DNA from: an uncultured virus (IMG/VR IMGVR_UViG_3300027360_000001)
Lineage: Duplodnaviria; Heunggongvirae; Uroviricota; Caudoviricetes
IMG/VR virus record: IMGVR_UViG_3300027360_000001
Reading direction: 5' to 3' (one strand)
DNA length: 20,000 nt
Shown: positions 1 to 7,927 of the stretch, one piece after another
Numbering within the stretch: the stretch's first letter is position 1
How the letters are laid out: each line of letters starts with the position of its first letter
Made by a program: the position numbers and the translations under genes
Notes under the pieces: model-generated
What the model was told of the DNA's origin: nothing
The model's input: the letters and a program-made list of their open reading frames with translations, nothing else
The model's database searches: none

Positions 1-776
1 AATGGTAAATCGTCGTCGCTGATATCGATTGGCGCTCCGACGTTCTCAGCCTTCGGCTCAATCGCTGGCAGTCCGTCAAGCACCGACTTATCGAACTTGT
101 CGCCGTCAGCCTTTCCGATAATCTCGCGGATAGACGCCTCATCGCGGAAGTTAACCTGCTCGGCGAAATCGAAGCTGATTCCGGTGTACTTCTTCGCGTC
201 CTCTATCGCTTGCTCTAGCCCATCAGTGTCAGCGGATTCAAGCGAATACGTTTTGTCTTTTTTCTTGATTACGACCGCATCTCCGACCAGCGTATATTCC
301 TTGTTGAATTTGCGAGCTGCTTTTTCGAGCTTGTCGTAGTCAGTGACGATGTTGTTAACGTGAAATTCTTTTAAATCAAGGAACCTGTATGTTCCGTATT
401 GGACATCATAAACGGGAACCACGAAATATAATTTGCGTTGATACTTCGGACTCTTCATCGCCTTACACGTTAAGCACACGGAGCTGTTCGGCTTATCGAA
501 CTCTTCGAAGTCAACGCCTGCCAGTTTCGGACTATGCAAGCACGTATGCTTTTGAATAAAGTCGGTGCGAGTAGCGAAATCTCCGTCTTCGTGTACGTAA
601 TAAGCGAACCAATTATCGGGATCCGCGATGATTACAAACTCTCTACCGTCCTTTAACTCGCGACCTAACGATACATACCTCTTCACGCCTTCCGGCAAAT
701 CGTTACCCTCGCCACGTAGCGCCTTTTCTGCTTGCGCTTTGTCATCTCGTGCTTTTAACTTATCTCGTAATCCCAT
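1..776 (-). CDS. Phage single-stranded DNA-binding protein (gp32-like, putative Zn site), cut off by the window edge at its last codon
   Basis: Not in the ORF track; translated by hand. ATG at 776 follows RBS GAGGAG. The frame MGLRDKLKARDDKAQAEKALRGEG...YYVHEDG...KHTCLHSPK...CLTCKAM...YFVVPVYD...GAPIDISDDDLP(F) is open to the edge. It has an acidic SSB-type C-terminal tail, a His/Cys cluster and a replication-module position. Confidence 0.8.
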   Translation of the reverse strand, partial: MGLRDKLKARDDKAQAEKALRGEGNDLPEGVKRYVSLGRELKDGREFVIIADPDNWFAYYVHEDGDFATRTDFIQKHTCLHSPKLAGVDFEEFDKPNSSVCLTCKAMKSPKYQRKLYFVVPVYDVQYGTYRFLDLKEFHVNNIVTDYDKLEKAARKFNKEYTLVGDAVVIKKKDKTYSLESADTDGLEQAIEDAKKYTGISFDFAEQVNFRDEASIREIIGKADGDKFDKSVLDGLPAIEPKAENVGAPIDISDDDLP

Positions 777-884
777 CGAATCACTCCTCGTTTATAATGC
801 GGACCACTGTCCGTTCGAACGCGGGAACCTCCACACGCTCGCACCGCTGATCGTCCGTAGACAATCGGCGGAACCAGCGTTGGA

Positions 885-1061
885 TTATTTTCCCTGCGAT
901 AGAGATTCTAAGCCGAGAATTACCCCCGTAAGTATTGCTAAGAATATCGAACTACCTATCGCAAAATCGCTGACATGTGCGCCCGTCACAAATCGATAGA
1001 ATGTTACCGTATATCCTAGCGCACCTATAAAAAACAATGTCGCAATAATTTTGTTAAACAA
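885..1061 (-). CDS. Small 58-aa two-TM membrane protein, hypothetical
   Basis: Translated by hand. TTG start after GGAGG; MFNKIIATLFFIGALGYTVTFYRFVTGAHVSDFAIGSSIFLAILTGVILGLESLSQGK; two hydrophobic segments. Confidence 0.7.
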   Translation of the reverse strand: MFNKIIATLFFIGALGYTVTFYRFVTGAHVSDFAIGSSIFLAILTGVILGLESLSQGK

Positions 1062-1174
1062 GCGAATCGCCTCCGATTATTTATTCGAGCATCGCTCGCT
1101 AATCGCTACGCCCACGTCATGCCATCGTTTAGTTAGATAGCGTGCGCAACGATTAGCCAGCGCGGAGGCTGGCT

Positions 1175-1522
1175 TTAACCTTCGAAATTCTCACGATACC
1201 GTTCGTTCTCTGCCGCGCGACTCTGCAGCGTATTTCTCGTACGGTTTACCTGATCGGTCAGCGGCTTGATTTCGCGAATCGCTAGGTCAAGTGCTGACTG
1301 TTCGTGCTTCACGCGACGGCGCGTTTGCAGCGTAACTTGCAACGTTTTGAAAAACTCGAACGCCTCGACCATATCGACGTCGCCAGCGGTCTCTATTTCG
1401 TGGTAAATTTCGCTTAAACGCTTGTCGTACTTCGATTGTTTCTCGCGGAGCTTCCGCTCCATTTCGACCATTTCCTTGTACGTCGCCTGTATTTGCTTGA
1501 CGCTCTCCAATGCGAAACTCAT
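1175..1522 (-). CDS. Hypothetical coiled-coil phage protein (115 aa)
   Basis: RBS AAGGAG, charged helical sequence, co-oriented with its neighbours. Confidence 0.75.
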   Translation of the reverse strand: MSFALESVKQIQATYKEMVEMERKLREKQSKYDKRLSEIYHEIETAGDVDMVEAFEFFKTLQVTLQTRRRVKHEQSALDLAIREIKPLTDQVNRTRNTLQSRAAENERYRENFEG

Positions 1523-1576
1523 ACCGCTTTCTCCTTCCGATATACTATATCGTATATTAGATGGCGCACGAATCCC

Positions 1577-1765
1577 CTACGAGTAGCGTGCGCCTTGACG
1601 TGCGTAAATTTTAAGCGACAACTCATCCGTGTCTCTTGCGTACCCTTGATAAAACAACTCCGCTTGGTGCTTTCGTATTTCAGTTTTGTTACGAGTGTTA
1701 AGTTCGCACAAAAGTTGCTCTCGTCGTGTTGCGCGTTTGTATGACGTCTTTATATAATCGTTCAT
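1577..1765 (-). CDS. Hypothetical protein (62 aa)
   Basis: Fills the gap between co-oriented genes; the GAGGGG RBS is somewhat far from the ATG. Confidence 0.55.
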   Translation of the reverse strand: MNDYIKTSYKRATRREQLLCELNTRNKTEIRKHQAELFYQGYARDTDELSLKIYARQGARYS

Positions 1766-1798
1766 GAAGCGTATAGCCCCTCTCGTCGTTGTTGGTTA

Positions 1799-2380
1799 TT
1801 ACGCGATAATTTCAAGTGCCTCCTGGCGGATATGTTCGTCGCATTGTTTCGCCAGGCGTTCGAGTGATCTATATACTTTTTTAGGGTACGTACCAAGCTG
1901 TTCCGCTATCTGATTCGCATTCATGTCGTAATTAAGGAAAGCGGTTAATATCGCCCGTTGCAAGTCGTCGGCAATGGCGAAAAGGTGCTCGATCACTCGG
2001 CGCTTTGAATCGTTTCTCTCGTAAGTTGTTTGAATATTAACGGCAGTATCTTCGACGTCGAACTCGATTGGTTCGGCGTCTTCTTTTGTTTCTAGGATGG
2101 CTGACATTGAAGTTTCTCGGGTGATTTGCTTTTTGTACTTTCGGATAAAATCAAGCGCGTGCTTTTCTAGTCGATAGTATACTCTCGTCATTAGTGGGGA
2201 ACTACCTGGTATGTAGGATTCTAGGATGCTCATTAACTTCGAATTTAGGTAACTCTCAACCTCCGAATCCCCTACGCGGTATACTATACCGTATCTTTTG
2301 GAGATTTTTTTTACAACGCAAATACATTCGCCGATAACTTCCTCAACAATAACGCCGTTAGCCAATACGGTTTTCGTCAT
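1799..2380 (-). CDS. Phage sigma-70/ECF-like factor or HTH transcription regulator
   Basis: Region-2-like segment (RVYYRLEKHALDFIRK) and C-terminal HTH (MNANQIAEQLGTYPKKVYRSLERL). The second ATG (2380) is correctly spaced from RBS AAGGGGG; the ORF track uses 2386. Confidence 0.7.
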   Translation of the reverse strand: MTKTVLANGVIVEEVIGECICVVKKISKRYGIVYRVGDSEVESYLNSKLMSILESYIPGSSPLMTRVYYRLEKHALDFIRKYKKQITRETSMSAILETKEDAEPIEFDVEDTAVNIQTTYERNDSKRRVIEHLFAIADDLQRAILTAFLNYDMNANQIAEQLGTYPKKVYRSLERLAKQCDEHIRQEALEIIA

Positions 2381-2399
2381 CGTCATCCCCCTTTATTTT

Positions 2400-2454
2400 C
2401 GCCTTACACTTATACATCGAAAGCTGAACCGCTTTTTTGACACTTAGCGTAAAA
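2400..2454 (-). promoter_or_regulatory. Bipartite conserved motif, copy 1 (AAGTGTCAAAAA-N12-TTCGATGTA); candidate phage-sigma promoter
   Basis: Aligns without gaps to 7761-7815 and lies directly upstream of the sigma-like gene. Confidence 0.65.
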
Positions 2455-2480
2455 CTTTTTTGTATTTTGTTTTTTTTATT

Positions 2481-3458
2481 TTATAACGAACGGTCGTTCT
2501 TATCAATACGTAAACCGAACGTTCTTTCGTATTTCTCGACGGTAATTTTTGACAGGCATCCCGCCATGAGCGCCTCGTTAGCGTCCTTGATTCCTGCGGG
2601 CATATATACGTTATATAACTCGACGCTTCCTCGTAATTCGTTTACGACCGACTCCCGTAGCTTCTCGCCTGCAGCATCGGCATCTGGCGCTAGGTACAGC
2701 CGCTCTATCGGGCTACGGCGAATAATGTCCGCTTGCATCTTCGTGAAGGCAACCCCGCCTATTCCGACCGCCGGTTTCCCCTTTGTTCGCCAGGACATTG
2801 CGTCCACTTCGGCTTCGCAGATAACACATTCTCTCGAACGGTCGGCGAATATCTTATCGATACCAAAAATCGATTCTCTAATCGGTATTGCATCCTTCGA
2901 ATACCAAAACGTTTTCTGATTCGTTTTACGATACTTAATGTTTGCCAGCCTCCCGAGTGCGTCGTACCAAGGGATAACGCAAGTATTCGAGAGTTTATCG
3001 AAGCGAACGCCGTACTGCCGCTGCACATCCATGGAAATTCCCCGATTGAGCAAGTACGTGTAATCTTCGTCATACTGTTCTAGTGATCTCGGATCTACGT
3101 AATGTGATGACCTCGTAATCTGTAATACTGGTGGCTTCAATTCGATTGCGGCTCCGAGGCGAACACTGTATTTTTCGACTAAATACTGAACCGACTCCTC
3201 ATATGTTTCATCGCGCAAAAACGAAAGAAGTTTCGGGAGAGATCCGGACGCCCATTCGCCAGTCGCCCCGCTATCGGACCAACAGCCGGAATATTCTCCG
3301 GATAGCGATACGAAGAAGCTAGGCGACTTGTCATAACGGAAGGGCGAGCAAGCAATAAGTTTGTCGCCGGCCCACCGTGCTCTGCTCCATGTAAATTCGG
3401 CGAGTTCCTCGGTTACATCTACGTCTAAGTCGCGGCCATGAATACGTATAATCGACAT
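2481..3458 (-). CDS. DNA primase (Toprim) with a degenerate N-terminal Zn-binding-like domain
   Basis: Toprim motifs ICEAEVDAMS and LAPDADAAG, plus KDANE and NIKYRK; RBS GGAGG; next to the helicase. Confidence 0.9.
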   Translation of the reverse strand: MSIIRIHGRDLDVDVTEELAEFTWSRARWAGDKLIACSPFRYDKSPSFFVSLSGEYSGCWSDSGATGEWASGSLPKLLSFLRDETYEESVQYLVEKYSVRLGAAIELKPPVLQITRSSHYVDPRSLEQYDEDYTYLLNRGISMDVQRQYGVRFDKLSNTCVIPWYDALGRLANIKYRKTNQKTFWYSKDAIPIRESIFGIDKIFADRSRECVICEAEVDAMSWRTKGKPAVGIGGVAFTKMQADIIRRSPIERLYLAPDADAAGEKLRESVVNELRGSVELYNVYMPAGIKDANEALMAGCLSKITVEKYERTFGLRIDKNDRSL

Positions 3459-3471
3459 CGTTAATCGCCTC

Positions 3472-4809
3472 CTAGAAATTAAACTGACTCGCTGCGACCG
3501 CTCCCGTCGGAAACTCCGCTAGTACTCCGTAATCGAATATCGCCATAAGCTCAAGCGTGAAGTCCTCGCCGCCGTTACGTCCCTTCTCGATTCCCAGCAT
3601 CGCTCGCCCATCTTTCTCGAGACTATCGAAGCTGATTAAATTCGTAGCGATATCGAGCAGGCGCTTCGTTGTTTTCACTTGGTCACGCTTCGGCAGATTT
3701 AGCTCGCGGCGATCTTCCTCGTCAGTTTGCTTTCGTTCCACCGTTGCCTGCACCGTATAGAATCCGACTACATCGTTATCCCCGATAATCTGTTCGAACC
3801 TTGTAGCCGCCCACTCTGCCGCTCCGCCTGCCGTTTTGTTGGCGTTCTTGCCGTATACGTCGCTCAGTCCGTAGAATGGGTCGATTACCACAGCGTTAAC
3901 AACTCCCGTCATCAGCTCACGTTCTAGGTCGTCTAGCGTTCTTGTTAACTCGCCGCCGCTTTTGCCCTGGAAGTATAGTTTGCCGGGATAATACGAATCT
4001 AGTGCATCGACAACCGCGAGGAACTGTTCGCGCACAACGTCTTCGAGTTTCCCGCTAAGAATCCGCTTGTTCGGCAACCCGACTTTTCTGCCAATCTCAT
4101 CGATTAGCATTTCGTCGACTGCGGTTGCTACGGAAATCAAACGAGCAATCCAAACGTATTCTTTTACCTCGAAGGACTTGACGAGTACGTTCGCGCCCTG
4201 TCGTAGTAATGAATCGACTATCTTAACGTTAAGGTACGTTTTACCGCGCCCTGACTCCGCCATGATTCCGTATACGTCACCGCTATACCATCCGCCTATC
4301 TCCTTTGTCAGCGATTCGAAAGGCGTCTGCCAGCATTTGAACGACTTCCCTTCCTCGCGCTTCAGATACTCGGATTTGAACGAGTCGCGAATATCGCTGA
4401 ACGTGCGACCTAAATTGCTCCGAATCTCCGTGCCGTTTTTTATCGCCAGCAACCGCTCGATCGTCTCGTCAATCGTTTTGAATCCGTCGCTCGCATCGAA
4501 TATCTTCGGCACTTCCGTCTGTATAAGATCCGCGAATTGTACCTTTGCCGCATACGATTTAATCTGCTTCGTAAGGTATTCGTAGCTGTCCTCGACTTGC
4601 GGGTAGTAAACGAACTGAGGGCATTCAGCGACAGCCGTCCTATAATCTGGCGCCTGCCCGCCATTCTGCTCGGCGTACTCTACGATGAAGCGCAGCGTTT
4701 CCTTTTCCCCAGCCGTTTGCAAGTCGGACTCGCGTACGTTGTGCCTACGAAGTGCGGCTACGTCATTGTCATCCAATATACGGCTCAAAAGCATGTTGCC
4801 ATATTCCAT
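3472..4809 (-). CDS. Replicative DnaB-like (SF4) helicase
   Basis: Walker A AESGRGKT, Walker B VVIDP, C-terminal IEKGRNG motif; RBS GGAGGTG. Confidence 0.9.
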   Translation of the reverse strand: MEYGNMLLSRILDDNDVAALRRHNVRESDLQTAGEKETLRFIVEYAEQNGGQAPDYRTAVAECPQFVYYPQVEDSYEYLTKQIKSYAAKVQFADLIQTEVPKIFDASDGFKTIDETIERLLAIKNGTEIRSNLGRTFSDIRDSFKSEYLKREEGKSFKCWQTPFESLTKEIGGWYSGDVYGIMAESGRGKTYLNVKIVDSLLRQGANVLVKSFEVKEYVWIARLISVATAVDEMLIDEIGRKVGLPNKRILSGKLEDVVREQFLAVVDALDSYYPGKLYFQGKSGGELTRTLDDLERELMTGVVNAVVIDPFYGLSDVYGKNANKTAGGAAEWAATRFEQIIGDNDVVGFYTVQATVERKQTDEEDRRELNLPKRDQVKTTKRLLDIATNLISFDSLEKDGRAMLGIEKGRNGGEDFTLELMAIFDYGVLAEFPTGAVAASQFNF

Positions 4810-4831
4810 CGAAACACCTCCGTTTAGTTAG

Positions 4832-5020
4832 TCAGTTCGTTTGGGCAACCGCCCACTCTTTTACGCCGTCCTTCATTTCGAAGTACTTCGTTGCCATATT
4901 ACGGAATATGTTCGCTTGTGGCGCGACTTCCTCCGCTGTCCAGTCCGTGCGGTCCTCGATTGCTAATTCGTTGAACATTTTTGCGACTAACGTGCATATT
5001 TCTCGTATTTCGTGATTCAT
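4832..5020 (-). CDS. Hypothetical protein (62 aa)
   Basis: Strong RBS GGAGGTG; inside the operon. Confidence 0.7.
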   Translation of the reverse strand: MNHEIREICTLVAKMFNELAIEDRTDWTAEEVAPQANIFRNMATKYFEMKDGVKEWAVAQTN

Positions 5021-5036
5021 TCGTTTACACCTCCGT

Positions 5037-5201
5037 TTAATCTAGTCGCCCGATTGTCAACGGGTTTTCCTGCGATACGACGAATTCTTCTACGCCTACC
5101 TTGTAATAGTACGCTAACTTCATGAGCATATCGTCTAGTTCAGCGTCGCTATAAATGCCGACTATATATCCGTCTAGTAGCACTGTATTTGTACGAATCA
5201 T
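5037..5201 (-). CDS. Hypothetical protein (54 aa)
   Basis: Translated by hand: MIRTNTVLLDGYIVGIYSDAELDDMLMKLAYYYKVGVEEFVVSQENPLTIGRLD. ATGA overlap with the upstream stop; RBS AAGGGGG. Confidence 0.65.
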   Translation of the reverse strand: MIRTNTVLLDGYIVGIYSDAELDDMLMKLAYYYKVGVEEFVVSQENPLTIGRLD

Positions 5202-5983
5202 TTACGTTTCCCCCTTTTACTCTCGCCTGTAAATCCGTACTGCAACGTGAGGTCCCTAACGCGATCATAAAGCCGTCTGTCGTAAATCCTCTCGAGTTCC
5301 TCCATCGGAAAATTCGAAGTATAGACGGTCGGTAGTTGCTTCGATACCCGCGAATTAATCACCGTATGCAAGTCTGCGCGAAATGCATCGCTGGCATCGC
5401 GAACTCCGAGGTCATCCAAAACGGCGAACCCTGCCGTACTTGCTGCATTCATCCATCGATAGTACTTTGCGCTATTCTCCTCGGCAATCTCACGCGGTAC
5501 ATTTGGTCGGCTGAACGCATTATACATGGTTTGCCATTCGTTCACGTCAAGGAAAAACGCGGGCATTTGCGCTGGCTGTAAGCCCCGTTTAACGCTTCCG
5601 ATGTAGTGTCGTATCAGCCATTCGTTTAATAGCGCCGTGGCTGTCGTAGTTTTCCCTGTGCCCGTTTCCTTCGACCATAAATAGACCGACTTAATTCGCT
5701 TCTCTGGCGGCGTGTTCGCGTCCACCTCGAACTGCCTATCGAATGTCTCCGCTATCTTCACAAGTTGCGTATACACCTTCCACTGCTCCTCGCCCGCCTT
5801 GCTCGTGTCTAGCGTGGTAAGCGCGTATTCGCGGGGCACTAGCGATGCCGCCACGCGTCCGCCGCTTCCGGAGAGGCCATGTAAGGCTATAAAAGCAGGA
5901 CATGTACGGTTACACGACGAAGAGCCCGCAATATTACACGCCTGAGACAGTATACAATTCCTCTTATAATCAAATGGCATCAA
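5198..5983 (-). CDS. DnaC/IstB-like AAA+ helicase loader
   Basis: Walker A SKETGTGKT, Walker B VLDDLG, TVYTSN and RLYDRV motifs, N-terminal Cys cluster. Confidence 0.9.
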   Translation of the reverse strand: MMPFDYKRNCILSQACNIAGSSSCNRTCPAFIALHGLSGSGGRVAASLVPREYALTTLDTSKAGEEQWKVYTQLVKIAETFDRQFEVDANTPPEKRIKSVYLWSKETGTGKTTTATALLNEWLIRHYIGSVKRGLQPAQMPAFFLDVNEWQTMYNAFSRPNVPREIAEENSAKYYRWMNAASTAGFAVLDDLGVRDASDAFRADLHTVINSRVSKQLPTVYTSNFPMEELERIYDRRLYDRVRDLTLQYGFTGESKRGKRK

Positions 5984-6890
5984 GGGACCCTCCCTCTGTA
6001 CTCGGATTATCTAAGTTAACTAAATCATCTATATTACGTTTATTACCCTCACACCAATAAACATACTCCTCGAATTCTTCTACGGTCATTCCTAATCTAG
6101 CGGATAGGTCAGGGACAAGTCTTTCGAAGAAGCGTTCTTGTATTTCTTTCTCTTGGCGCTTAATCCACTCAAAGGGATTCAGTGCGTTCTTGCTTAAATT
6201 CAAATCACTAGATATCCAGTAGCAGTTCTGAAGAGTAGTACCGCCGTGCCCCCAAGAAAGAGGTATGAAGTGCTCTAGGTGTAGACATTCACTACTTCTG
6301 GTAAGTAGACACAAGCCTGATTGGTCTTGTAACAAACCTAATGCCTCAGAGTTAGTGAGTGTCGCCGGCAGTAGTCTCTTATAAGCACGCTTTCTTTGCC
6401 CTTGAACCACTTGCTGCTCCTTGTTTACCTCCCGCCACTTCTTCACGGATTCTCGTTTGTATTCTCTGTTGTTTGCGCTCCACTCCCTATTCCTCTTTAA
6501 AATTTCTTCCTTTATGAAAGGGTACTTATCTCGCTTATTCTTGTTGTATATATCTCCTTTAACTTTTCTGCGATCGCGCATTTTTTGAAGTTGTTCATCC
6601 CTGTGCTGCTCATGATACATTTTGAAGTACTCTGGATTATTCTCTCTCCATAAGCGATCTTTCTCCCCTTTGCAAACTTTACACCTAGCTTCCTTCCCTG
6701 CAATACCAGTACTCCTATTTCTGAAGTTGTCTAACAAATAAACATTCTCACAATTACAACATTTCTTTGCTAATATTTCTTCATCCGAATTCACGTAATA
6801 AACAGATGCGTGCTTAGTGACTTTATTGACACGTACTCGCTCGTAAAGACCTATGAGGATTATTTCTTCTTTTGAAATTGCGTCAGACAC
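5970..6890 (-). CDS. HNH endonuclease (free-standing, probably homing)
   Basis: N-terminal CxxC...CxxC, a basic helical region, then LHLEHFIPLSWGHGGTTLQN...NLSKN. Visibly more AT-rich than its flanks; GTG start with RBS AAGGAGG. Confidence 0.85.
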   Translation of the reverse strand: MSDAISKEEIILIGLYERVRVNKVTKHASVYYVNSDEEILAKKCCNCENVYLLDNFRNRSTGIAGKEARCKVCKGEKDRLWRENNPEYFKMYHEQHRDEQLQKMRDRRKVKGDIYNKNKRDKYPFIKEEILKRNREWSANNREYKRESVKKWREVNKEQQVVQGQRKRAYKRLLPATLTNSEALGLLQDQSGLCLLTRSSECLHLEHFIPLSWGHGGTTLQNCYWISSDLNLSKNALNPFEWIKRQEKEIQERFFERLVPDLSARLGMTVEEFEEYVYWCEGNKRNIDDLVNLDNPSTEGGSLDAI

Positions 6891-7070
6891 AAAATCCCTC
6901 CTTATCGTTTATCGCTTATACAATAACGTATATTAACAGCAAAAATTAAGAGAACGTTCGTGTTTTTTCTGCGACGTTACTATATTCGTATAGCTATTCG
7001 ACAACCCTCGTATTCTACCTCGTCAGCGCCGTCCGTCGTGTACTAGATACCTATGCGGAGAACCTTGCGC

Positions 7071-7173
7071 TTAGAACGCCTAGATTCGCCTGTACAAGCG
7101 TTGAAACTATCACTTGGCTACCTTAGTATTCGATTGCGCTAAAATTCAACAGCGAGGCTCACAGACGTCCCAA
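7071..7173 (-). other. Long imperfect hairpin (candidate single-strand initiation site or structured RNA)
   Basis: Minus-strand arms TTGGGACGTCTG/TAGGCGTTCTAA, GCCT/AGGC and GTTGAA/TTCAAC. The G-T(U) pairs form only on the minus strand. Confidence 0.5.
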
Positions 7174-7197
7174 ACGTATTCCTGCGATTTTCGACCG

Positions 7198-7566
7198 TTA
7201 AATCCAATCACTTAAATCCTCGTCGGCATCGTTTTTAACGTGCGTATAAGCCGCCTCACGCGCTTTCTCCGCCAGCACACGAGGTAGTACACGTTCTTTC
7301 ATCCACGTTAACATAAACGTGAAATTAACGCCAGGATAATCTCGCTTTGGTTTGTAGTCGTCGAAACAGGCGTCAATAAACCGCTTTGTATCGTCTGCGC
7401 CATATTCGTTTAGAAAATTACGAATCATACCGGCCTCACGTTGTTTATTCCTCGTCGTGTATTTAATACCGTATAGCTCCGTATGACGATCGTATAGATA
7501 CGAGATTACGATATTAGCGGTCCATCCGTCAACTGGCGTGTCTTGCCATTTCTTTTTTGTCGACAT
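7198..7566 (-). CDS. Putative replication initiator / replisome organiser-like protein (122 aa)
   Basis: First gene of the replication operon, upstream of the loader, helicase and primase; RBS AAAGGAG. Function is inferred from position. Confidence 0.55.
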   Translation of the reverse strand: MSTKKKWQDTPVDGWTANIVISYLYDRHTELYGIKYTTRNKQREAGMIRNFLNEYGADDTKRFIDACFDDYKPKRDYPGVNFTFMLTWMKERVLPRVLAEKAREAAYTHVKNDADEDLSDWI

Positions 7567-7630
7567 AAGTATTAATCTCCTTTCGACGCTATCTGTTAGA
7601 GCGCTGCAGTGCGTTAGCGCTGCTATCTTT

Positions 7631-7685
7631 AAGATCTTTAATTAATTATTTATTACTAAAGACCTTAAGATCTTAAAAAGAACTT
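7631..7685. repeat. Four AAGAnCTT palindromic repeats around an AT-rich tract; candidate replication origin or operator
   Basis: AAGATCTT 7631-7638, AAGACCTT 7659-7666, AAGATCTT 7667-7674, AAGAACTT 7678-7685; A/T-only run at 7637-7655. Confidence 0.6.
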
Positions 7686-7714
7686 AAAATAGCACAACGT
7701 AAAAACAATGTCAA
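7686..7714 (-). promoter_or_regulatory. SigA-type promoter of the replication operon
   Basis: TTGACA-N17-TATTTT with an extended -10 TG and an AT-rich upstream element. Confidence 0.7.
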
Positions 7715-7760
7715 GTTAAATTTTCGTTAATTTTTAAAAAAGATTGGTCGTCGTATCCGA

Positions 7761-7815
7761 CGCCCTACGCTTCTACATCGAACCTTCCTCAACGTTTTTG
7801 ACACTTTCGCGAAAA
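7761..7815 (-). promoter_or_regulatory. Bipartite conserved motif, copy 2; candidate phage-sigma promoter
   Basis: TACATCGAA (7774-7782) and TTTTTGACACTT (7795-7806), with the same 12-nt spacer as copy 1. Confidence 0.65.
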
Positions 7816-7848
7816 TAAAAATAAGCGCCCTGCCATCGCGAGCGCCCT
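7813..7848 (-). terminator. Intrinsic terminator after the FtsK/relaxation operon
   Basis: Stem GGGCGCTC/GGGCGCTT (with G-U pairs) followed by ATTTTTATTTT. Confidence 0.65.
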
Positions 7849-7927
7849 ACGTTGCCACCGTTATTCTATTACGATAATATCATACGTTATACCATATCGA
7901 GTAAAATCCGAACATTCGCCGTTGGCG

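Noticed and set aside
2437..2442. Plus-strand TTGACA as a SigA -35 (also at 7798-7803)
   Set aside because: There is no -10 at 16-18 nt; it is better explained as part of the minus-strand bipartite motif.
2481..4809. Intein or intron in the helicase or primase
   Set aside because: Lengths are ordinary, the frames are continuous and no splicing motifs are visible.
6951..6965. Possible LexA (GAAC-N4-GTTC) site
   Set aside because: The half-sites abut (GAACGTTC) without the 4-nt spacer.
6997..7003. Single Spo0A box (TGTCGAA on the minus strand)
   Set aside because: One 7-mer is expected by chance in 20 kb of TCGA-rich sequence.
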